From Thalia democratica (Eukaryota), in the NCBI GenBank assembly GCA_965202585.1, contig OZ241826.1, positions 27,218,001 through 27,282,000 of the forward strand: a DNA stretch of 64,000 nt, read 5' to 3'. The position numbers and the translations under genes are program-made. Below the pieces are notes generated by a model. It had not been told where the DNA came from. It saw nothing but the letters and a program-made list of their open reading frames with translations, and ran no database searches. Position 1 is the first letter of the stretch. Each line of letters begins with the position of its first letter. Below are positions 35,897 through 46,400 of the stretch, piece after piece.

Positions 35897-37849
35897 CAGT
35901 TAGCAAACCGCGTAATAACTTTTTTCTCTCACAACCCTAAGCTTACTGTACAGCAGTTAGCGAATATTTACATTTAATTATAATTAGTAGTTATACAATC
36001 ATAAATGTAGTAAAATAAGCGAACTATTAGTTAGGTTTAATGAAGTTCATTGAGCTTAACAAAGTAACGCTAAACGAACGTATGAGCAAATAGCAATACT
36101 TGTAAGCCACGATGAAAAAACTAAGCTAGAAAGTATTGAAATAGCAAGCTTAATCTGAAAATTTTTAGAAAATTTGAACATAGTCAAAAAGAGTGAGTTA
36201 AGCTAATCAGTAAAACCAGCGAAGTAGAAATAGCAAACAGCAGCTAGCAACAAACCAGCTTAAATTAAACTTAGAACGCAGTAGCAGTGTTTATTGTCAC
36301 AACATAGCACTGTGTAGCTCGACATAGCTCACTAATTTACTGCTCAAAGCAACCTCGAGAAGCTATAATATATCTTATTTTCTACAAAACCTTAATATAA
36401 GATATTTAGTTCTCAATATTAAAACATTCTAAAGTTTGAGAATTGAGTTTACATGACTGGTAAACAATGTTGCGCTAGAGAAACGTCGATTTCAATTGGT
36501 AACAACGGCAGTTTATTTTCGTTAGTACTTTTTTAACAATACTTAGAAGCTGCTTGCGTTTCTTTATATTACTGTTTATTCAACTTAACGTTTAAACATC
36601 TTTATGCTCTAAAATTTATGTGTTCAAACCGATACTTTACAATGAAACATTCTTTACAACTGGTTTTTTAATACATCCTGCTTAACTATATTAGCTTATT
36701 ACTAAGCACTAATGTGATACTTTGAATAAAAATCTAGAAGTTCTATGTATTACATTGATTTTATTTGTCTTGTGCTTAAAAATTGTCAATTTTACATTGT
36801 ACATTTTAAATGCTTAAACAACAAAGTTTAAAAGGTTGCTTTTCGAGCAATTCAAATTTAAAACTCACTTAATTTTTTACTGCTTATTATGAAGCTGTTG
36901 TTAATATTAATGAAACTTACTTTCAAACAGCAAAGTTTTTTTGAAAAAAGCTCATTATTTTATATTTGGATTTTGAATTAGTGCTAAAAAACTCTGAAAT
37001 TTTCAAATCTGATATTAGATTTTTTTGTTGAAGCTTTTTAAACTACTAAACTTAAAAAGTTGCTACTCGAGCAATATAATAATTAAAAATCACTTTGCTG
37101 ATTTTACTGCTTAAAAGATAATCATAGATAATGTCAACGGAAGTTCAATTTCTCAAAGTAGAACATTTCGTGGTTTTAAACACAGTAAAACGGTTTACTA
37201 ATGACAAAAAGTTTTTACGTATACAAAAAGCTTAAATGTCAAGTTCATTTTTTGTGTAATTACCGTAAACAAAAAAACCAACTTTTTAGCACACATTGCT
37301 TCTTCGTTAAACAACAACACTGAACTTTAATAGTTTTTTAAATACTTGCAATACAGCAGGAATCTACATTAATTTCAACTGCTTATTACTTTTGAACTTG
37401 TAAAGTTACACAACTTTATCAATTTTATGCACCTAAATATCCTTAACATTCTAAAGTTTATATTATTACCAAACATGCTGTTGAACGTTGCAACTCAATA
37501 TTTCTTAAATTAATTTAAATTAACTCCTTTTTAATAAACCGTACTTAAAAACTTTTAATATTCCATAATTTTTCGTTCGGTGCAAAAAAAAATATTGTTT
37601 TTTAATTGAACTTTGTACTTACTGTCATATGTGACAATTACTTGTTATTAACATCATTATTTCTTCGAAAAAAACACTTGAATAGCTTGTTATTCTTATT
37701 ATTGCTGAAAAAAGAAGTACACAACTTCAAAAAAATAAAAAAGAACATTCCAATAACATTTCTTGTACACTTTTTATTTCATTTAGTTTGTGTTTGTGTT
37801 AGGCGAGTTGCTATTCAGACAAATTATATTATTGTTTATTCTGGTTAAC

Positions 37850-39610
37850 ATGAAGATATTAACGATGTTATTCGTATCGGTAGCGCTTGGCTACCTTACG
37901 ACAAACGCACAAAATCCTGTGCAGAGGAAATATAAATTGCCGCTTTGCACGAGGAAAGTTGCAAAGCGGTATCTGCTAAGCGAACCAGCTCCGTGTTCTT
38001 CAAAATCTAGAAGCGTGAATACCATCAAAGTCAACATCACTCCGCCTATAGACAACCATGTCAATCAAAAAGCCTTCATCTGTCGTAAACAGGAAGTTAT
38101 CTAAGAATGCACGGAAGGTTTCTTTCGTGCAAGTAGATGATATTTTTAAAGCCGTCCAAACAGAAGAGTGCCAGCTGATCGAAATCACCCATCAGTCAGA
38201 AGTAGGGACGTTGACACCCTCAGACGAGAATACATTGAAGACGAACAACGTTCTAAAACCGAAATTCAATTGGTTGGCGACAAACACGATCATAGTGCCC
38301 TACATGATCTTGTCTTATACGTCGGTAGTGGCTGATCTAAGTGATGGGTCCGTCTCTCATGCGTTGCTAGAAAATCTGAGTTGCATCGAGCTGGACCAAA
38401 TTCTTTCGTGCAAAGAAGAAGGCTGGAGACTTATCACCTCTAGAGTAAAACAAGAAAGGTGCAAGCAACCACGGGTGATTACTGACGCATTGCTAGAAGT
38501 TTTTACTCTCGAGAGTGGAGAACTGTATAGCGTCCAAGACGCGAATATCGTCTTCACCAAACTCCTTAAATGTGATGATGCTACCCTAAAGTGTTTGCCA
38601 ACAGGCGCCGAAACTACCCGATGCACCGCGACGGGTTACGCAGTGACGCTGCCCAAAACATTTTCGTCTGCCACAACAGCCGCAGAAAGCGTGAAGATGC
38701 CTGCAAAACTTAAGATTTTAGAGTCTGCCATCGCTAGCTCCTCGTATTCCTCCAAGCTAGAACTGGAACTTCTCAATTCTCAGCTGAACGAGATGCTATG
38801 CAAAAACAGCAGAGCAACACTAGTATCGTTGCTCGCTGCCCAGCGGTCCACTCCCTCTGCGGTTTTGAGCCTGCTAATTGGGCGAAAAACACAAGCGGTC
38901 TATCGACACAACGCGTTGTATGAACTTCAATGCCAAGACACACACGCAGTACTTCAACCGTCTTTTGAGTACAATAGAAAAGTAGCGCGTTACCCGCTTT
39001 TCAACAGCTACCTCGGGTCATCCACGGTGGTGGCCCAGCTTACTGATGAGGGATATCTAACGCAGAACGTGCAGTACTCACTCCATCCAGCAACCAAACA
39101 GGCTTTCATCCTCCAAGGTAAATTCATCGTTTTTGTCAATAACACTCTTACCGAAGAACGTCCGGCGCTGGAGAAGATCGTCATAAATGGGGACTCACCA
39201 TTGCAGCTTCTAATTTCACATTTTCGGAAGAACTGACTTTGTTTGATTTGGCCGAAGTGGCAAGACCTGAGGAAGCCATAAGCAATCAAGCGTTGATAAA
39301 CCTAATTGCACTGAATAAAAAGGACTTTGGTAACCGCGGTATAGATGTCGCACAGTACCTCAAAACAGGGCACTTACTCGATGAGAAGTCACTAGAAGAA
39401 ACCCTTCAAGCCAAATGGTCGCTTTGGGAGGTCGTGAGAGGCATCCTCCATGTCACAAACACTTCATGGACAGCCATTACGATGATCGGGATTTCCATCA
39501 TTGTGCTGAGGCTTTACCTGACGAGAAGGAAGAGGAGGAGGAACGAAGAAGGAGAGGTCGAGCCTCCAGTGGAAGAGAAGGGACGAGCATCAAACGGTAT
39601 GAAACGATGA
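37850..39610 (+). pseudogene. env: env-like type I membrane glycoprotein, class III fusion protein-like, disrupted (stop 38102-38104, frameshifts at ~38125 and ~39225)
   Basis: Signal peptide MKILTMLFVSVALGYLTTNAQ, Cys-rich ectodomain, gB-like segment LCKN...TPSAVLSLLIGRKTQA...LQC, and TM WTAITMIGISIIVLRLYL followed by RRKRRR. Confidence 0.75.
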
Positions 39611-40214
39611 CTCATTAACTAGCTTCGGCTATTAACTTATAACTAGGGATTTGTAAATAAGATTTTATAAAACTTTTCTTAAAATTGTTTACCACACTTA
39701 AAACTGTTATTTAGCATTGTTTTACTACTACAACTTAATGAGTTTTATGCTGGCTATAAAAGCGTTTATTTAAGTTTGTTAACTAAATTTCGAATTTTTT
39801 CTGATCTGCAAAACGTTACAACATTTAAATACACTCTTACATTTAAGTTTTTGGTTGGACTATAAGATGATTACTGAGTGCTAAAATCAGATTTTTGATG
39901 TAATACATAAATATCTTTATATCCTAGTACCTTCTAGCACATTAAGTTGATGTTTTAATGATTTTTTTTTGAATATCTCTTAAAGATTTACTTTGGGGTA
40001 TTAAAGATAATCCATAAAAAGAAATTAAAAAACACCCCATACCTATTGTGCATGCTTTATATTTTTAAGTTGTTAGTATTCTAGGCGTTTAATGGGTTTT
40101 TACAAGGATTTTGAAGTCTTTTTCAGCTTAACCACCTTTAACATCTTAAAGTTAATGTTTTTAAAAAACGGAAACCAAGTTGGAACATCAAATTGGTTTC
40201 CGAAGGACCAGAAA

Positions 40215-40947
40215 TGTAACGATATTGCGTTTAAATAAAAAAGGGCGCTAAAGAGTTTTCTCAAATTAGGGACTTTTTTATCGCTTTGTTCACTTCTCGA
40301 ACTGCTTTAGCATGACGTTCAGTCAGTTGCAGCAGCCTTTCTTTCAACAACGTTTGTAATCGTGAGTATTGTTTATTCTTTTGCATGTTATTTCTGTTTC
40401 TCTAATATAAGCTGTACATTTGAATTTGTTTAGTGTGAAATATTGTATTTGTTTACATAATTTTGAATAAAATAGGTTGTTTTAAAGATTGCTAACATTT
40501 TATTAAATTCAGTTGTACACTTAGTTTCACATAAGATTTAATAACTTAAGTATATTTTTTTAGACTAAATAAAGATCGCTAGCAGCTTCATTATCTCTTA
40601 ACATACTTAACGTAATCATAAACTAACGTAACTTACTAAACTTGTTGTGGCCATAGTTAGACACGTTCCTCTGGCTAGTTAATAAAATACAATAGATATA
40701 TTAGCAACTCCCTCAGAAATAGCACTATGAGTACAGGTAATCGCAGTAAGCCTAAAGTTAGTGATAATGACGGCATGTTCTCCAAAGAGAACATGCAAGC
40801 CGCTTTTAGCGAGACCACAGAAATCAAGGCTCGTAAGAGCAAGAGGTTAGAAAAAGCGGGCGTACCCAAACGTACTATTGACCCGAATTACTCTTCATCG
40901 CACAAACAGGGTACTACAGGCCAAGTAGCCCCACAGCGAGAAAGATA
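40215..40947 (+). repeat. 3' LTR (733 bp, TG...TA; terminal CA mutated)
   Basis: About 92% identical to the 5' LTR by eye; contains the 73-codon copy of the gag start (40727-40948). Confidence 0.8.
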
Positions 40948-41745
40948 GTGCAAATTCAAACAGTAGTCTACTGTATTTATTAAAGGTTGTATGCTGTACT
41001 TATATTGTGTTTTAAAGTTATTAGTAGTTATTTTTTAAATTGTTTTTTTTTTGTGGTTTATATTTGTCGTTTTACTTTACACTAAAAGTTTTTATAGCAT
41101 AGTGAATAAGATATTAGTTTAAAAGCAATTATTTGACATCATTATTACTTGCTTAATCTGTATAAGTAAAAAAAAATTATTGTAAACCATTAAAATTTTT
41201 ATTTCAAAAAAGATGTTTTGACTTTAAAAGAGTATAGATTTGAGGGTTCTTTTTGAGTGACTTTAACTATTTTACTAAAAAGATTCTTAAAATCAGTTTT
41301 ATTTTTAACTTGATATATTATTCTTAAAAAATCTGTATATTAAGGAATTTCAAACATTTAGTCCAATTGTTTTTTGTATATATTTAATTTAAAATTTTGA
41401 CAATTAAAATATGTTGTTTAATTTAATATTTAAACCCTTTTCAGCTTTTAATTTTTCAATATTTTCCTCTGTTAATTTAATATAGATTGATAGCTAGAAA
41501 TTAAATTCATTTTTAAACAAAATTAAATAAGTCATCGAAAAGAATGCTACAGTTACAAAACAAAATTTTAATCTAATAAAAAAAGATTTAATTGATTACT
41601 TTCTGTTCAAAAAACTAACTGTAAAACCTTAATTTATTTATTTTTTATACAAATAAAGGAAATAAAATATTGTTATTATTAAGGTTTAGTTTTTTAAAGG
41701 TTTTTCCAAGTCAAATACTGTTTCATGGTATTCTGTACTGTATAC

Positions 41746-42517
41746 CAGGGGCGTAGCGTGGGGAGGGACACTGGTGCATGCGTGCCACCCAAAAAAAGAA
41801 AAGAAGTAAAAAAAAAAAGAATGTAACATATTTATCCTTTTTTGTTTAATTTTTCTGCTTAATTTGCCTTTTTTCAACTATGTTTATCTATTTCGAAAAG
41901 TTAAATGAAATTTTGAATACCAATTAGTGACAAGTTAGGAAAATTATCCAATATATTACTTCGGTGCGCAAACGAAAGTGCGCACCGATGTTGATGAAAA
42001 ACTCCATAAGGAAAAATTTTACAACTTCATGAACTTCATAAGAATTGAGACTCAAAAAGCACGCAATTAATGTAGTGCGCCGCAGTAGTATAACCTTATG
42101 ACAGATTTTTCTACAAAAAGGGTACAAAAGTACGTCACGCTTAAAGGAAAACTAAACAATTTTACAAGTTATTTTTTATGCTATAATAAATGTTAAAACT
42201 ACTGCTAGTTTTATGATCTTTATTTTTAAAAATATACAAGAAAAAGCTTTTCGACCTATGAGAAATAAACTTTGTTTGTCATTTTTATTTTAAACAAATA
42301 CAGTCAGATAAATAAAATTTAAAAAGTATACTTTTAACTGAAAAAACTTTAAAGTAACAAACAGTTACTTCGAACTTATTTTACTTAATGATTTTTTTTC
42401 AGTCATGTTACTTATAAAAAGATCTTTTCATAGCAATTACAAAAGTTTTAAATAAGGGGATTTTTTGAAAAAAAAAGTTTGCACACCCCCTGACCAAAAT
42501 ATCACGCTACGCCACTG
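41746..42517. mobile_element. Non-autonomous hAT element (772 bp)
   Basis: TIRs CAGGGGCGTAGCGTG / CACGCTACGCCACTG (1 mismatch); perfect 8-bp TSD CTGTATAC at 41738-41745 and 42518-42525. Confidence 0.92.
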
Positions 42518-43441
42518 CTGTATACTATAATATTAAAAAATTATTTATTTTTCAAAAAGATATTACTGATCAGGTTATAATTGGTCACGTTATAACTAAT
42601 CCGTGTTTGATTAGATATGACCAGGTTAGATATTGTCGGGTAAATTTAATTGCAAGTAAGAAAACATAGTAAACCATGTACTCTTAAGCATTATTAAAAG
42701 TAAGTAATTATTGTAATACTTAACTAATAAAACTTACACATCAATAAAAATCGGCTAAAAGTAAGAAATAAAAAGAGTTTTATAAAGCAAAAGTTTATTA
42801 TACATCATAAAAAAGAGTGAAATTCAAAAATAATAAATAATCTATACGGTAAATTCTAAAAAAATCTAAACATTTAATAATCATCAATTCTAAGTTTTGA
42901 TATAAACTAACAAGTTAACTAATTGTCATGCAAGGCAAAGTTTCAGTCCAAGGCTAGGTTAAATTCAAATCCTGAAAACATAATTTGTTATGTCAAAGTA
43001 TTCTTAGTAAAATTTTTATTGTTATGGAGGAAAGCTGAAATATAAAGAGAACTATTATATGATTTAAGCCTATTTGTTTGACTAAATGCATTAATCTATA
43101 CAAGTTTCTTTTATTCTAAGAAAACATACTAAAATTTGATCAATTGTGTTTCATCTAGTTTTATATTATAAGGTCTGAAAAAGTTTTCTTAATTTTTTTT
43201 TATTACAAAATGTTTAAAGTTTAAATGTGAATCCATATTTAAACATAACTTATAAGAAAGAAATTACATCATAGCTAGAAACTTAAAAAGAAACCAACAA
43301 AAATCAGCTATAAGAGCAATGGAATTCTTGCTTTTAATGTTTTTTTTAGACCTTTTTTGATCTGATCTTCTTTGAAAATTTTTTTTTACTAAATAGTTAA
43401 ACACTAACAACGTATATATAGAAAATAAGAAAACTTACCTA

Positions 43442-46400
43442 TTACCATTTGACCCTATATTTCTTTTTCCATAGCAATCTTTTTGCTATTAGTTCATTAT
43501 TCCATCTTATACATTTGTTATTGATACAGATCTGTGTAGAATATTTGTTAATTTTTTTTTTGAATGGTAATTACAAGCTAGCGAAATTACTGCAAACAAG
43601 TATATTTTAAATTGCCATTTTTTAAATTTAATTTTCACAAATGAAATGTAATATTTTACTTCAATTAAACATACACTGCCATTTGAAAGCAAATAATTAA
43701 GTCTACGCCGAAATTTTTTAGTGTTAAAAACTTTGCTCACAAAATATTACCTTTTACAAACAAAACAAAACTAAATTTGTTAATTCTTTTTTAATTTAAA
43801 CAAAAAGTTTTTGTGTGATTTTTAAACACATAAAAAGTTCAAAGGTGACAGGTGTAACAAATAACCGAATCTTCTCCGCACTTCGTTCCCTGTAAAACGT
43901 CGTAAATGGAAACCCATTTGATATTTTTCCACTTATTTTCATTTCCGGATCTTCTCAAATTGTCATATGAATTTTCTGCTGACGGAGCCCCGCAAATAAC
44001 TTGTGAACAAGTGCTATACTGTGGAAATAAAAAAATATACCGCTATAGCATTAAATGAATCTGAAAATTTCAGAACAATTTGTTATACTAATAAACAATA
44101 GTTTTAAAATAGGGGTAGGCAAAGGAGTCAAAATGACTGGCCCCCAAACATTTTTTAAATTTAAATGGATTCCGGCCCGCGGACAAAATTTATCCGGCCC
44201 GCGAGTGGATGATCCTGCCCGCTAGGCATTTTGTTATTGCATAGAAATCCTACAAGCCAATGTAAATATTACAAAATTTGTACAAAACCTTTTTTTAAAT
44301 ATTTTCACAAAATAAACTGTAAAACTTTAACCTGAAAACGTTTTTAAAAATGGCTTTCAATTTTTTAGGTAATAAAAACACTTTTTTGTTATAGTACCTC
44401 GTTCTGTTTCAAGTCAATTGAATTAATTCTTACTCAAATTATCAAAAAAAATTTTTGCTGAACTAACTTTAATGATCTTACCTATCATAATGATTTTCAT
44501 AAAAAGTGACATGTAAAAAATTAATGTCTTTCCCAGATGTAGAGTGAGTTGTTCTTATAAATGTTACGAAAAGTAGTTTTTAATAAAATTGAAACCTGCT
44601 TTAAGTAAAACTGCTTAACTTTACATTTTAGTAGAATATTCCAAGTTGAGACTACAGTTTGCACTCATTTTTGCTATTGATATTTTAATCAAGGAATATT
44701 TGATTAATTAAATGGTTAAGTTTAATGATTACCAACTGATGACAATATTTCAAAACAACATGTCATTAACTTTAATTATGATTTGTTTAGGAAATTTAAT
44801 TGTGTATCTTTGTAATACCAATTTACAATCTAACAAAGTTTTGAATGAATCTTTGTAAGTTTTTTTTAATTAAATGATATTAGTTTGATATTGTGGTGAT
44901 TTAACTTCTGAAAATATTACTAATGTAGCCTCGAGCCAAGGATTACCAAAATTAGATAATTTCGAGTAGTTAAACATTTTTAGTATTTTAGTTTGAAATC
45001 TTAGACTCGAGTAACTTTTAGTAAGTAAATTATTGTATATATAAAACTAACTAGTATTAATTCGGTTGTAATAAATATAGAATTATGAGTACTTAATAAA
45101 AATTAACTTATAATTTTATACTTGAGAACCTTGGTAATTAATAAATTGATTCAAAATTTAAAAAAACCAGATCAATTAACATCCAGCCGGATCCAAGTCT
45201 TTTGAAATTAGTTCTATTCGGATTCGAAACCTTGTCTAAAATTATCATTTATCCGGATCCGGGTAATATTTTTGAATAAAGATCCGGATCTAAAAAAGGA
45301 TCCAACTGAATCCTTTAGATATTACTCGAAATGCTCCGGCCAGCTGAGGACTAAATTTTTTTGGATCCGGCCCGTCAATTATTTACGTTGCCCACCCCTA
45401 TTTTAATTCTAGTATAGTCATAAAAGCTTTTGTTTGTTTCTTTTATTTAAACTGTTGATTTTTTTTACAAAAAGTTACACAAGACACACACTTTCAAAAA
45501 CACTAAATATAGTTCAAGCAATTCTCTTCAGTTGAGTACAATGCTAACAAATGCTAAGATTTTACCCACTTATATAATAACCAAGTAATCAAGTAACCAT
45601 AAAGTAATCAAGAGATATTTTTTTTTGTCAAAAAAGTATACAATTTTATAACCTTCTTATAGCTTATATCATTAGGATAGTTTAGTTTGCACTGATCATC
45701 GAAACTGTAACTTTGTCCAGGATACTGTGTAGGTGGTCGTAAACCAGTCCACCATTCTCCGTAGTCATCATTCAAAACATTGTTGTCGAGGAGTTTTCTG
45801 GTAAAAATGGCTGATTGACGTATACAAATAACTAGTTTAAAAAACTTTCATTAAAAAAAATGTTTGCTTATTAGTTTGAAACATTTTAGCGTTTTGTAAT
45901 ATTTAGTGGTGAACAGTTTAATTTAGGATACGAAGTTATAACTAATTAAAAGAAAAACAAAACAAAAACTTAAATTAGCATTTTTAAAGCACTTTTACAA
46001 TTATTAAAATAAAAGTTTTGTTTAAAAACGTTATTTTTGCAATTTATAATATTTTGTTTATTAGAAACACTTTAGCATAATTCATTTTATTAAGCAAAAG
46101 TAAAATCATTTGAATATCTCAAAATAACAGAGCTGAAAAAATAAAACTTACTTTAGGTAGAAATCAAAGTTTTTTCTATTACATTCGGCCCAATCAGTCT
46201 TTTCAGTATATCCCTTTCCATAGTCCATTATGTAGTTACTTGAATACTTCGGTATGTTGCATTTTGAGTATTTATCAAAAGTGTGATGAAGTCCAATTCT
46301 ATTTTGTAAATATATAAATGAAATGCTAATATTTTAATTGGAAGTTATACGATTACAAACGACGAGCCTTTTTTTGAAATTTCAGCGTCATTTTTAACAC

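Larger units (their letters stand above)
32039..40947 (+). mobile_element. Gypsy/Metaviridae-like LTR retroelement relic, 8909 bp: LTR-gag-pro-(no RT/RH/IN)-env-LTR
   Basis: Two ~732-bp direct repeats starting TGTAACGA, PBS-like TGGTGACCC, gag-like ORFs, DSG protease and env-like ORF; no TSD. Confidence 0.9.

Noticed and set aside
32711-39289. Antisense and overlapping ORFs in the LTR element (32711, 32734, 34216, 34335, 34819, 34937, 35302, 38000, 38357, 39008)
   Set aside because: Explained as alternate frames of gag/pro/env; no independent motifs.
32039-40947. Functional link (defence or cargo) between the ART cluster and the env-bearing element
   Set aside because: Only proximity. The ART genes lie outside the LTRs and share no sequence with the element.
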